NCBI GenBank assembly: GCA_951406725.2
Contig: OX597827.1
Location: 10,912,001 to 10,976,000, forward strand
Origin: Octopus vulgaris
Lineage: Eukaryota
Length of the DNA stretch: 64,000 nt
Direction: 5' to 3'
In this document: in pieces, positions 1 through 12,706 of the stretch
Layout of the letters: each line of letters begins with the position of its first letter
Position numbering within the stretch: position 1 is the stretch's first letter
Notes under the pieces: model-generated
The model's input: only the letters and a program-made list of their open reading frames with translations
What the model was told of the DNA's origin: nothing
The model's database searches: none
Made by a program: the position numbers and the translations under genes

Positions 1-128
1 ATTAGACCCCAAAATATTGCCTGCCACCCCCCATAGAAACTGACCCATAAAAGTGTAACTTGTGGTTGATTGTCCCACGTTTATCCTAACTATGTAGCTG
101 CATGGTTAAGTAGTTTGCTACTGCAACT

Positions 129-507
129 GTTTGTTTGTTTGTTTGTTGAGCGAAGCGGCCTTCGTCCCAGAGTTGGAGAAGTCTGAAACGTGGTCCTTTG
201 CTATTTGTAAAACCTGTAGAAAAGAAAGCAGGTCAACCCCTAATACCAAGAGCATCGACGGATGGATGACTGTGCATCTAGGCTCAGCGGTTGCGTAGGA
301 AGTCGGGGACAAGAAACAGGAAGAAAGAGTGAGAGAATGTTGGAGCGAAAGAGCACAACAGGGCTTACCACCACCCACTGCCGGAGCCTCGTTGAGTTTT
401 AGGTGTTTTCACTCAATAAACACACACAACGCCTGGTCTGGGAATCGAAACCGCGATCCTCCGACCGTGAGTCCGCTGCCCTAACCACTGGGCCATTGCA
501 CCTCCAC
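129..507 (-). mobile_element. tRNA-derived SINE, family A (tail type 1, ends in (AAAC)n)
   Basis: Minus strand starts GTGGAGGTGCAATGGCCCAGTGGTTAGGGCAGCGGAC...GGTTTCGATTCC (Pol III A/B boxes); 13-bp TSD TGCTACTGCAACT at 116-128 and 508-520. Confidence 0.9.
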
Positions 508-609
508 TGCTACTGCAACTCCCTGGCTTTGGCTTCAATAATATTTTGGCATATTTGGTAAATGTCTTTTATCATAACCTTGTGGGGCCAGTGGTTGAAC
601 ACAACCTTG

Positions 610-960
610 TCTCATCTCATCTTCTTCACCTACTTAATGCTGGGAGGGTCACTGGAAGCAGAGTCCTCAGTCACACCTTCTATCAGGTCCTATCAGGTCA
701 AAATCACCTGTGCCCAACAGATCTAGCTGGATCACCAAGTGACACCAACTGAACTCATGGATGTTATCCATCTTGCTTGTGGTCTGCTCCAGGATCTCCT
801 ATCGGTTGGTCATGCTTATAAAACCTGTCCAGCAATTCTGTCTCAAGATATTCTTACAGCACATCAGTAGTATCAGAGCTGTAATCTCTCAATCTGGAGA
901 ACTAGTGGCTCTACCTGGGACACCTCTCTGACCTCCAAGCTACACGTTCTATTGAATAAC
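610..960 (-). mobile_element. Degenerate RTE-like LINE 3' fragment
   Basis: Broken minus-strand reading resembles the RTE C-terminal motif RPxxRWxDxI...W..L; many disablements. Confidence 0.35.
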
Positions 961-1129
961 GTTCAATATCTCTGTCAAGAAAGCATGCTGATGATGATGG
1001 TGATGATGATGATGAGGAGGAGGAGGGGGAGAAATAGAACAATGATGGTACTATTGAAAGAAAATTTTCAAATACTCTCTCCTCGGCAACTGCCCTGAGA
1101 AAATCCCATGATGATGATACAAAGGGTAA

Positions 1130-1453
1130 AGAACCACTTGGTCATGAATGACCACGGAATGTTATCATCCGTGGTGCACGCCCAGGCAAGGTCGTTTGTG
1201 GAAGACCAGCAGTCACCCATGCATACCAGCCGCCCCTCTCCACACCACTGATGTTGTCCAAGGGAAAGGCAAAGGGGCCGATATTGCTTGGCACCAGTGA
1301 CATCACAACTGATTTCTACATCTGAGTGAACTGAAGCAACATAAAATAAAGTATCTTACTCAAGAACATGACACACAACCTGGTCTGGGAACTGAACTCA
1401 CTACCACATGATTGTGACCCCAATGCTCTAATCGCTGAGCTGTGTCCCTTCAC
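1130..1453 (-). mobile_element. Old tRNA-derived SINE, family E
   Basis: Shares TTCTTGAGYAAGAYACTTYATTT...TTGCTYCAGTYCACTCAG core with copies at about 9.4-9.6, 16.0-16.2 and 60.3-60.55 kb. Confidence 0.65.
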
Positions 1454-1793
1454 TGATGATAAACTGCACTAAATTTTCACAATTATCATTTAATCCACGC
1501 TACAAGAGTTTTCAAAATACTATGGGCTGGTAACTTCCACTGAAGGCTAAGAATATGCAGAAAAATTCTTGGACATTTCTGTGTTCTTTTAAAGAATCTT
1601 TGCAAATAGATAGTTCCTCGAGTTTAACCTCACTGTATGGCTCCTTGAGCTCATTGCCTTCTAAGGTGGACTTGTGTCAATTGATATCTTGTGTGAGGAC
1701 TTTTATGCAAGGAAACTGTTTACAAGCCTGTTGTGTATATGTGTGCATGCACAAGTGTTTGTGTGTGCATGCATGTGTGTGCGCATGTGTGTT

Positions 1794-1834
<41 letters not shown>

Positions 1835-2330
1835 ATCAAATGTTTGTATGTTCCCTCCTGTTTTTAATTATTTAAATTCTTCCTTTGAGGAAGCAGTTGC
1901 TTTCTAACAATGATGCAAAGCTCCGTTGTTGAAATGTAGATAACAAAAAACAATGTCACATTTTTAAACTTGAGAAAAGTCTTGTATATTTTTACTGTTC
2001 CCCTTACAGATTGTGTTTGTAATGTGTTAGTTAGTTGGTTGATTTCTTTTTCTGAAAATCTTAACTGATTCTGATTTGTCACTCAGGTATTTACTCACAA
2101 AACCAAGAGCACCAATTATTATTATTTGTATAAATATGAATTTATAATCTGGGTACAGAAGCTGGAGGTTTCAAAGCAGTTCTCCATAGTTACCTTCTTT
2201 CTCTTAGATTTGTCAGGGAGCTAGTCACTTCAGCAAGACAAACTGACCCTCTATGACAGTCCATACCTTTTCTTGTCTGTCCCTAATTACAATATTACTT
2301 GATAGATGTTGTGATATATATATTTATGTA

Positions 2331-2741
2331 TACTCTTTTACTCTTTTACTTGTTTCAGTCATATGACTGCGGCCATGCTGGAGCACCGTCTTTAATCGAG
2401 CAACTCGACCCTGGGACTTATTCGTTTGTAAGCCCAATACTTATTCTATCGGTATCTTTTGCCGAACCGCTAAGTAACGGGGACATAAACACACCAGCAT
2501 CGGTTGTCAAGCAATACTAGGGGGACAAACACAAACACACAAACACACACACACATATATATATATACACATATATACGACAGGCTTCTTTTCAGTTTCC
2601 GTCTACAAAATCCACTCACAAGGCTTTGGTCGGCCCGAGGCTATAGTAGAAGAAACTTGCCCAAGGTGCCATGCAGTCGGACTGAACCCGGAACCGTGTG
2701 GTTGGTAAACAAGCTACTTACCACACAGCCACTCTTGCACC
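2331..2741 (-). mobile_element. tRNA-derived SINE, family B (CORE-like, internal TA/TG microsatellite, (GTAAAAGA)n tail)
   Basis: Near-identical to more than 10 other copies in the window; head GG(C/T)GCAGGAGTGGCTGTGTGGTAAG, B box GGTTCAGTCC, CCTTGGGCAAG motif; resembles the Octopus OR-type SINEs. Confidence 0.9.
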
Positions 2742-3357
2742 TATTGTATGTACATCATCATCATCATCCAGTGTTTTAAATCCGGATTTTGTCCCCATTA
2801 ACAGGTATGGCTGGTTCTACCTCAATGCCATAACAACCGAGGTAAGTAGGTGCAGCCCACGTCAATCATTGGGCTGGCTGGTGCCCATTCTCCTTTGCTA
2901 TCATGAGGCTTTTTTGGAGCTGGATCTTCTATGAGCAGCATGCTCTTGCTTACCTCCAGCCTCAGTTTCTAGACATGAGTGGTCCCGAGACCAAGGCCTC
3001 TACAATGATTTTTAAGAAATGCGATGGCAAGCTAACTCAGGAAGGCAGGGACGCTACTCCCTGAGACCCCTTCCAGAGCCGCCCTACATATGTGAATTGC
3101 AAATTCCCCTTAATACCTAGGCCAGTAAATCCTGTAAACCACTGAATTTCTGATGAACCAGCACTAACAATAAACCTGATCTAAATCTAATTAAATATAA
3201 GACAATAATGAACCCTAAACTTATATGTGCATCTATATATTTATATATACACACACATACATATATGTGTATATGCACATGTATGTGGATATATGTGCAC
3301 CTCTGTCTGTATATAAATATATAAATATATATACGTGTGTGTATGTGTATACATATA

Positions 3358-3399
<42 letters not shown>

Positions 3400-3463
3400 C
3401 ATATGCATATTTATATGTGTATATATGTATATGTATATAAGTATATATATATGTGTGTCTGGT

Positions 3464-3513
<50 letters not shown>

Positions 3514-4129
3514 GATGTATATGTGCACTCACACACACACACACACAAATACACACATACGTGTATATTGTTTGCGGTGAAAATCCACTGGTGTGTTGCA
3601 TCTCATGTCAAAAAAAATAAAAAAGAAAAAGAAAAAAAAAGTAAGAGATCAATAAAGTATTATACACACTAGACTGAAATGACCACTGAGGTCAGTATGA
3701 TTGATTGACTATAGCCCTTAAAAGTAGTGTCCAGGCATGACCAAAATCTAATGACGGAAACCAGTCAAAGAATAAAAGCATAAAAGAAGAATCTGAGATA
3801 GCTAAATCATAATGTTTTCATGAAATATTGTTTGAGCTCACCCTCACATATGGTTCAAATTTATTTCTGTTTATTGATTGTGTATGTGATAAGTGGTGCT
3901 ACCATAGCGTGCTATATATTGGGCTATTTACACAATAGGGTGTGGTCTACCAGAACATTGCAACTACAACAACGTGCACTCTATTAGGGATATTTATACA
4001 ACAGGATGTTTAAATACTAAAAAAAAATTTAAAAAATAAATAGAAAAAAACCCCCCAAAAAAACCAAAAAACAAAGAGCTATAGAATTTATCAATGATCA
4101 TGATATAAACAAAATGTATAATGATTCTG

Positions 4130-4164
4130 GGTGATGATGGTGGTGGTGGTGGTGGTGGTGGTAG

Positions 4165-4195
<31 letters not shown>

Positions 4196-4396
4196 GTTGA
4201 TGATGGTGATGATGATTGTGGTGATGGTGATGATGGTGATGATGGTGGTGATGGTGGTGGTGGTGGTGGTGGTAGTGGTGGTGGTGGTGGTGATGGTAAT
4301 GATGATGATGATGGTGGTGGTGGTGGTGGTATTGGTGATGATGATGGTGGTGGTGATGGTGGTGTTGGTGATGGTGACGATGATGGTGATGATGAC

Positions 4397-4432
<36 letters not shown>

Positions 4433-4440
4433 AGTAATGG
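4130..4440. repeat. Compound (GAT)n/(GGT)n microsatellite
   Basis: Directly visible; source of the poly-G/D, poly-P/S and poly-M/V ORFs. Confidence 0.97.
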
Positions 4441-4446
4441 GATTGT

Positions 4447-4841
4447 GTAATCGAACACCGTCAGCCGGATATTGTCATATTGAATAAGAGAGACAAATAC
4501 TGTCAGATTCATTGATGTAGCCATACCAAATGACATGGATGTTGTGAGTAAAGAGGTTGAAAAAAAATCACCGGGTGCTCCAAATTGAAAGTGGAAATGG
4601 CAAGACTGTATTGAATGCGAGAGGGTAATGTGAAAGTGATGCCAGTGGTGATTGGAGTGTTGGGCTCAATCCTATTGAAACTTCAAGACTTCTGTAGGCA
4701 ACTGGAAAGCCCATGCAAAAAGCAGCCTTCTTGAGCACAGCGCACATCTTAAGGAAAGTATTATCTGTCTGAGGTCCTTGTTGTGACCTGACAGATGACT
4801 AAAGACTCCGGTGTATTTTATCCTACTCCGTGTTTTGAAGG
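4447..4841 (+). mobile_element. Dong/R4-clade non-LTR retrotransposon 3' fragment (restriction-like endonuclease domain), frameshifted
   Basis: Pieces translate as VIEHRQPDIVILNKRDK..IDVAIPNDMDVVSKEVEK..KVMPVVIGVLGS (PD..D..K RLE signature); 3' end runs into (TAA)n. Confidence 0.8.
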
Positions 4842-4917
4842 AATAATAATAATAATAATAATAATGATGATGATGATGATGATAATAATAAGAATAATGA
4901 TAATGATGATGATGATG

Positions 4918-4958
<41 letters not shown>

Positions 4959-5043
4959 GATGATGATGATGATAATAATAATAATAATAATAGTAATAAT
5001 GATAATAATAATAATAATGATAATGATGATAATGATGATGATG

Positions 5044-5086
<43 letters not shown>

Positions 5087-5110
5087 TGATGATGATGATG
5101 ATGATAATAA
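4842..5110. repeat. Compound (TAA)n/(TGA)n microsatellite
   Basis: Directly visible. Confidence 0.97.
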
Positions 5111-5459
5111 CAAGAGCACTCAGAGAGAGCAAACCTCTGCCAAGGCAACACCAATGCCCTCTCAATGATTAGCCGGAGATGATTTTTTAAAATGAAAATA
5201 TCTGAAATAAACTCAATGGCTCTCACAAACGAGAATACTAAAAATGAACCCAACTGCTCTCTAAAACTAAGTAAAAAAAATTGGAAAAATAACCCAGAAT
5301 CCTTGTCCGGTACCCGATTGATCCCACTGGTAGACATGGAATGTGAAGGTGGGTGTGCAGTCTGTATTTGTAATGCTGAGTGTGTGCGTCGTCTGCACTG
5401 GGAACAGGGACAGTTTTCTCTATGAAGGCCTTTTTTAGTCTATCCATTGATATAGTGTC

Positions 5460-5920
5460 TTTACAGAAGCTGGCTACCCGCATGGTTCTTGGTCTCAAGA
5501 AGTTGTCTTATGAAGAAAGGCTGAAGACGCTCGACCTTTATTCTCTAGAAAAACGCCGCCGCCGTGGTGATCTCATTCTTGCTCACAACATCATAAGTGG
5601 AAAGTGTAACCTCTCGAAAGAGCTGTTCTTCACTCCTGCTCCAGAGCGTCGGCTGCGGGGTCATTCCGAAAAGCTCTATCTGCGATGATTTCATCTCAAT
5701 CGAAGGAGAGGAGCTTTCTCCGTCCGGGTTGCGGATCCGTGGAATAAGCTGCCGGACGAGATAGTGAAGATGCCGACGACCGCTCGGTTCAAAGTCTCCC
5801 TGGACCACAAGTGGCCGGAACTCTTTACATGAACACCACCCTGTACATAACTCCATGTCCCCCTACATGGCCTTGCTTTTTGCTTTTTGAGCCAAAAAAT
5901 GAACTAACTAACTAACTAAC
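5460..5920 (+). mobile_element. CR1/L2-group LINE, 5'-truncated ORF2 C-terminus, 3' UTR and (AACT)n tail
   Basis: QKLATRMVLGLKKLSYEERLKTLDLYSLEKRRRRGDLI...LRGHSEKL..*..FSVRVADPWNKLP; one in-frame stop at 5686-5688. Confidence 0.9.
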
Positions 5921-6597
5921 AACCATTAAGGTCTATTGTGAAAAATTTATCTGTGTAGGAAAGAAAGCAGAAAGGACCTGCATACAGTGCTGTTAATGGA
6001 GTTTTAACAACATCGTTGTGCACAAAAACGTGAATCCAAGAAGCAAAGCTTCCTTCAAGGCAGAGATAGAAATGCAATTGTCAAATAGGTAAGAGGTTTT
6101 AAACAGGAGCAATATATTCAAAATTGGTAAAACTAAAAATTGTTGAGGATAAATTAAATTTATAATTGTTACTGAATATGTTAGTGTTATTTAATTTCTG
6201 AATGGTTTTGCTGCCATTTGTTTATGTTGTTTGATTTCTTTATCCATCAGTTTCTAGTAAGATAGGGACATGAGTAAAATTAACAATAGAGAAACAAAAA
6301 TAAAACTATGGAAACAGCAATGCAGCCATAACTTATGTGGAAACCCTGAGTGTGCTTTAAAGGGAGATAATCAGAGAAAGACTTGAAAGTGACCTTAAGA
6401 TTGTAATACTTAATGTGAATTAAAGTAAATATTACAAATAATCCAGATTCCTTGTCCGGTACTGGATCAAATCCCTAAATCTAATCAGCCATATTCTGAG
6501 TTCAAATTTTGCTGAGGTCAAATTTAGCCATCCATATTTGCAAAATTGACAAAATAAACGGTCGTATACAAGTTGGTATAATCAACTTGCCTAGGAA

Positions 6598-6828
6598 GGC
6601 GGCGAGCTGGCAGAATCGTTAGCACGCCGGGCGAAATGCTTACCGGTATTTCGTCTGCTGTTATGTTGTGAGTTCAAATTCCGCCGAGGTCAACTTTGCC
6701 TTTCATCCTTTCAGGGTCGATAAATTAAGCACCAGTTACGCACTGGGGTCGATGTAATCGACTTAATACCTATGTCTGTCCTTGTTTGTCCCCTCTATGT
6801 TTAGCCCCTTGTGGGTAATAAAGAAATA
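6598..6828 (+). mobile_element. tRNA-derived SINE, family C
   Basis: Head GGCGGCGAGCTGGCAGAATCG, B box GAGTTCAAATTCC, central GCCTTTCATCCTTTCRGGGTCGATAAATTAAG block; duplicated flank GGTATAATCAACT at 6575-6587 and 6829-6841. Confidence 0.9.
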
Positions 6829-7177
6829 GGTATAATCAACTACACAATCTGTGGTCTTGTGTCAATATTAAACATATAATTCTTTATAATTTTAGCACAA
6901 GCCTCCCAGCAATTTTGAGGGAAGGGGAAAATCAACTCGTACTTATTTCATCATCTCCAAAAGGACAAAAGGTAGTCAAACTCAGCATCAATAGAACCTA
7001 GAACATAATGAGTCAGAAGAAATAGTGCTAAGCATTTTATTTGGTGAGGTACCAATTCTGCCAACTCAGTGTCTTATTTGAAACATTTAATAAAAGAGAT
7101 AGAAAAAAAAAATTCAATAACTGAAGGGAGACAACAATATTAGGTTATAAAAAATCCTTCATTTTAGAAGGCAATGC

Positions 7178-7186
7178 AAATATATA

Positions 7187-7256
<70 letters not shown>

Positions 7257-7258
7257 TG

Positions 7259-7349
<91 letters not shown>

Positions 7350-7366
7350 ATATTTATATATATATA
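7178..7366. repeat. (TA)n/(TATG)n microsatellite
   Basis: Directly visible. Confidence 0.97.
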
Positions 7367-7567
7367 AAGTTAATCCAAACAAGAAAACAAAAACAACAAC
7401 GCAAGGACGTGGAACAAATAAAGTATTATTGGACGCTCAGGAAAGAAGGGAAGAAGGAGGGTTTGACGTTTCGAGCGGAGCTCTTCGACGGAAACATAGG
7501 AGAAGGAAAGATCCCGAGAAGGGAAGACAGGGGAAAAAAATCGCTAGTGATACAGACGAGGTCACAA
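7367..7567 (-). mobile_element. Penelope-like pseudo-LTR fragment in (TA)n with a variant minimal hammerhead motif
   Basis: Flanked by (TA)n on both sides; second partial copy at about 21090-21197 in opposite orientation; hammerhead-like motif at 7461-7495. Confidence 0.6.
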
Positions 7568-7623
<56 letters not shown>

Positions 7624-8302
7624 GTAGGGTTTTTATATCTGAAGTAAAAATAGCAGGTAGGACTATATATTTCATAAATGCACTTGGGTGCTTACCAGAA
7701 CATGAAGACTTACAATACACTTTCGGTAGTATTCTTTTGTTTGTTTTGTGTCTGTGTCCATTAGGTTTAATATATGCAAATGTATTCTTAGTATGATAAT
7801 ACATTAAAAATCATTCATTGTGACACAAAAACTTGTAAACATTGACAGTTTGGGAGAGAGAGAGCTTGATTATTATTATTAATATACAAGTAGAGGAGTA
7901 TGCCCCACTTTGTCTCTCTCTCTCTCTCCCTCTCTCTCTCTCTGAATATGCATACATATGTTCATTCATTCATACGTACATACGTACATGCATACATACA
8001 TAAATACATACATACATACATATGTGCGTACATGCAAACACACATGCACACATACATGTATACACATATGCAAGTATATGTGTGAGTGTGTGTGAATATA
8101 TATGCACATTTACACACACACACATCCTATATACAGTATGTATTGAATGCCTCATCAAAATTGTTGAGATCCTAACCAAACTAAGCATGAATATATTTAT
8201 ATCATGGTGTGTGTGTGTGTGTGTGTGAACATACATGCTTACATACATATATAAATGGATGAAACGATGTATGTGCATGTGTATATATATATATATATGT
8301 GT

Positions 8303-8529
8303 TTCTTTACTGCCCACAAGGGGCTAAACACAGAGGGGACAAACAAGGACAGACAAACGGATTAAGTCGATTATATCGACCACAGTGTGTAACTGGTACT
8401 TAATTTATCGACCCCGAAAGGATGAAAGGCTAAGTCGACCTCGGCAGAATTTGAACTCAGAACGTAACAGTAGCTGAAATACCGCTAGGCATTCTGGCCG
8501 GTGTGCTAACGATTCTGCCAGCTCGCCGC
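8303..8529 (-). mobile_element. SINE family C
   Basis: Reverse complement of the 6598-6828 element. Confidence 0.9.
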
Positions 8530-8564
<35 letters not shown>

Positions 8565-8777
8565 ATGTGTGTGTGTGTGTGTGTGTGAATAAAGCCAATG
8601 GTTCAGTTAGGTGCTACTTAAGAGTTTCTTAGTAATTGTGATCCTTTTGGCACTTGAATAATCACAAAATAATGAGAAACTCAGAGTATGAATGAAGTTC
8701 ATTATCGACATAAATAAATGAACTCCACTACATGGAATTATAACAGAAGTTGTATAGCAAACATTGTCTTTAATCTA

Positions 8778-9193
8778 TACTCTCTTTTACTCTTTTACTT
8801 GTTTCAGTCATTTGACTGCGGCCATGCTGGAGCACCGCCTTTAGTCAAGCAAATCGACCCCGGGACTTATTCTTTTGTAAGCCCAGTACTTATTCTATCG
8901 GTCTCTTTTGCTGAACTGCTAAGTGACGGGGACATAAACACACCAGCATCGGTTGTCAAGCAATGCTAGGGGGACAAACACAGACACACAAACACACACA
9001 CACACACATACATATATATACATATATATACATATATACGACAGGCTTCTTTCAGTTTCTGTCTACCAAATCCACTCACAAGGCATTGGTCGGCGCGGGG
9101 CTATAGCAGAAGAGACTTGCCCAAGATGCCACGCAGTGGGACTGAACCAGGAACCATGTGGTTGGTTAGCAAGCTACTTACCACACAGCCACT
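8778..9193 (-). mobile_element. SINE family B
   Basis: Near-identical to other family B copies. Confidence 0.9.
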
Positions 9194-9369
9194 ACTTTAA
9201 ACTTTTATAATATCGCTAGATAACTTCATCTAGAGATAATATTATCTCTAGATAAGATTATCTAGAGATATGTTATCTATGGATAACATACCCAGTGTTT
9301 TCTGTATATCATTTATAATATCACATGTTATCTTAACCCATTTGATCTTTACTTACTTAGACCTAGGTC

Positions 9370-9633
9370 GTTCAAGAGCCCTACACTCATAATGGTGGAT
9401 TTTAATCTGGTTTCCATGGCATATAAGGGATTGGGGTTACAAAACCCCTGCCATGAAAGGGACATAGGTCCATTGTGGGGTCAACTTACCAGTTACTGCT
9501 AAAACTTATTTACTTTTGAAATGAAGCAAGTGTTTTACGCAAGAATGCAATGCACTGCCTAGTTCAGAAATTGAAACAATGGTCTTATTATTGTGAGTAC
9601 AACACCCTAAACCTCTAGGCTACATACCTTCAC
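9370..9633 (-). mobile_element. Old SINE family E, degenerate
   Basis: Head remnant (plus strand TTGTGAGTACAACACCCTAAACCTCTAGGC) similar to the 16.1-16.2 kb copy. Confidence 0.5.
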
Positions 9634-9664
9634 CATTTGCTCTTTGCCGGCTTAGTTATTAGAT

Positions 9665-10082
9665 CAGTGGTTTTCAACCAGGGTTCCGCGGAACCTTAGG
9701 GTTCCACCAGTACAGTCCAGGGGTTCCGCAAGAAGTTACAAAACTGCTAAAATCGGCAGTAATTTTTAATTCTCCTGTGCAGATATGTGTGCATAAGACT
9801 ATTAAATTATTGCACAGGGGTTCCTCGAGCCAGTGGAATGTTTCCTTGGGGTTCCGCTCCAGCAAAAAGTTTGAAAAGCACTGTTCTAGATGATGCTAAG
9901 AAAATACAGTACAGTCCAGGGGTTCCGCAAGAAGTTACAAAACTGCTAAAATCGGCAGTAATTTTTAATTCTCCTGTGCAGATATGTGTGCATAAGACAA
10001 TTAAATTATTGCACAGGGGTTCCTCGAGCCAGTGGAATGTTTCCTTGGGGTTCTGCTCCAGCAAAAAGTTTGAAAAGCACTG
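9665..10082. mobile_element. Non-autonomous hAT (Charlie-like) element with an internal 176-bp duplication
   Basis: TIRs CAGTGGTTTTCAA / TTGAAAAGCACTG; 8-bp TSD TATTAGAT at 9657-9664 and 10083-10090. Confidence 0.9.
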
Positions 10083-10508
10083 TATTAGATGCAAGAAAAT
10101 TGTCTGATGAAAATGATTGGCTTTCATAAACAGCAGGCTTTCACATAAAAATACCACTTACCACATGGTAATGACTTACAACCAAACATCAGTCAATCGT
10201 CCATCATGGTGCTTCAGAGAATGACATTTAAGCGAAAATACATCAAGAAAGTGACTGAAGCTCCTGGAGTGAGAGGAAAAGGAAGACACCAGTTCTCACA
10301 AAATTCTAACTAAAGCCCTGAAGCTTGGCCCAGGAAGATCATCAAGCTTCTTGTATCATTTAATGATAATTTGCTGACAGAAGGTTTGCTAATCATGGAA
10401 AGATTTAACAATTGAATGAATGGTGGGAGTTGATGAAAGAATGGATTAGACAAGTCAACATTTTTGATTCACCCCACAGTATTTTTGGTATACAAGTCAA
10501 TGTAGTAT

Positions 10509-10511
<3 letters not shown>

Positions 10512-10547
<36 letters not shown>

Positions 10548-10875
10548 TTAACGTCCGTATTCCGCGCTAGCACGGGTTGGACGGTTCGACCGGGTTCTGG
10601 GAAGCCAGGGGCTGCACCAGGCTCCAGTCTGATCTGGCAGAGTTTCTACTGCTGGATGCCCTTCCTAACGCCAACCACTCCACGAGTGTAGTGGGTGCTT
10701 TTTACGTGCCACCTGCACAGGTGCCAGGGGGTTCCGGCATCAGCCATGATCGGTTGGAGCTTTTAATGTGCCACCGGCACGAAAGCCAGGCAAGGCGACG
10801 CTGGAAACGGCTACGTTCGGATGGTGCTTTTTATGTGCCACCGGCACAGGAGCCAGTCGGGGCGGGGCTGGCATC
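10512..10875 (-). mobile_element. Short retroelement family D ((GAT)n tail, internal ~50-60-bp tandem units)
   Basis: Sense strand GGCGTTAGGAAGGGCATCCAG...CCGTCCAACCC...GGACGTTAAA(TGA)n; at least 9 copies in the window. Confidence 0.85.
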
Positions 10876-11315
10876 GTAGTGTAAATATGTATTGTAAGTA
10901 TTCAAACATTATCACTGTCTTTCCAAATTCTTCAGCATTTTACATGGAATCTTTGGTCTTTCAAAGTCATCTTGGTGTATAAGTTGACCTACCATTTTAA
11001 GCTGTAAAGTTTGGCCTAAAAAAATCCAACTTGTATGCTGGAAATATGCTAAAAGATTGAATCAGACATAACAGTCCAATAGAGAACTACAGGAATGAAA
11101 ATTCTATCTATTATACAGTGTATGTCAATCAGTTCATTGAACAACTTGGATGGTCACATGTCAAATTTGTTGTGAGAGTCTGTCATTATCACCATCATTA
11201 GATTAATTGCTCAGAAGAGAAGCAAATCTAATATTTTGTAGCCATTGTCCTTCATCTAGTTAAGCAGACATAGCTATGGTCAACCCAGAAATATAATCAG
11301 ACTTATGATTATACC

Positions 11316-11732
11316 TATTTCTTTACTACCCACAAGGGGCTAAACACAGAGGGGATAAACAAGGACAGACAGGATGGATTAAGTCGATTATATTGATCCC
11401 AGTGCATAACTGGTACTTATTTAATTGACCCCGAAAGGATGAAAGGCAAAGTCGACCTCGGCGGAATTTGAACTCAGAATGTACTGACGGATGAAATACC
11501 TATTTCTTTACTACCCACAAGGGGCTAAACACAGAGGGGACAAACAATGACAGACAAACGGATTAAGTCGATTATATCGACCTCAGTGCATTACTGGTAC
11601 TTATTTAATTGACCCCGAAAGGATGAAAGGCAAAGTCGACCCCGGTGGAATTTGAACTCAGAACGTAGTGGCAGACGAAATACCATTAAGCATTTCGCCC
11701 GGGGCACTAACGCTTCTACCAACTCGCCGCCT
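11316..11732 (-). mobile_element. SINE family C, tandem dimer (full copy plus headless copy)
   Basis: Two units joined at GAAATAGGTATTTC (about 11495); TSD TTATGATTATACC at 11303-11315 and 11733-11745. Confidence 0.9.
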
Positions 11733-12443
11733 TTATGATTATACCACAGTGTGGAAGACCTTCTCACTGTCCTTTTCGCTCACAGAAAATTTATCAACTC
11801 AGAAATCAAAGAATATACATCAGAGAAGATGGCATAAGAGACACTGTGCTTAGTTGATATCTTGGTGGATAGACAAGGGGAAAACTGTATAACTGTGTTG
11901 GAAATCTATGTTTTTCAAGGAACCTGTAAAAGATACACTTTCAAGTCAACTATATAATTTGTCCACCAATAATGCATAAGTCTGTAAGGCTTTTTTTTTC
12001 TAACTCAACATCTATACTTGAATAGTGCTTCACTAATAATCGAATCTCAAAGATAGATCAAGTGGGCCAATGCAAAACTGAATGTATATTCTGGTTGTCA
12101 AGTAATCTTTTTGAGTGTTCCTGTACTCAGCTTTTTAATGTTACAAATGTACGTATGTGTATGTATGTATGTATGTATGTATGTATGTTTGTGTATGAGT
12201 GTATGTGTGTCTTTGTCTGTATTCTCATATGCCAATGTAAATCAGTTTAAATAACATGGTGTTTACAATTTAAAGGGACATAACCCAATAAATGAACGTC
12301 AATAAAATAGATAACCCCGAAAGGATGAAATTTGAACTCAGAACATTAAGACAGGTGAAATACCACTAAGCACTAAGCATTTTCCCCGTTTCTGCCAGTT
12401 TGCCACCTTGTTCAGTCTTAATACCATTGAGTTGTTGAGATGG

Positions 12444-12477
<34 letters not shown>

Positions 12478-12479
12478 CA

Positions 12480-12516
<37 letters not shown>

Positions 12517-12548
12517 ATGATGATGATATATATATCTGTATATATATG

Positions 12549-12644
<96 letters not shown>

Positions 12645-12706
12645 TATATATCTTTTTGTATGTATATGTGTATGTGTGTGTGTGTGTGTGTGAGTGTGTG
12701 TGTGTG
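12444..12706. repeat. (TA)n/(TG)n microsatellite
   Basis: Directly visible. Confidence 0.95.

Noticed and set aside
2810-3130. Moderately GC-rich unique-looking block
   Set aside because: No sustained ORF or motif I can identify; left unannotated
8953-9210. Recurring ORFs such as [43 protein letters not shown]
   Set aside because: Antisense translation of SINE family B, not a protein family
10693-10870. CRISPR-like repeat-spacer pattern (also at 30.5 and 34.2 kb)
   Set aside because: Eukaryotic context, no cas genes, degenerate repeats, related spacers; part of dispersed family D
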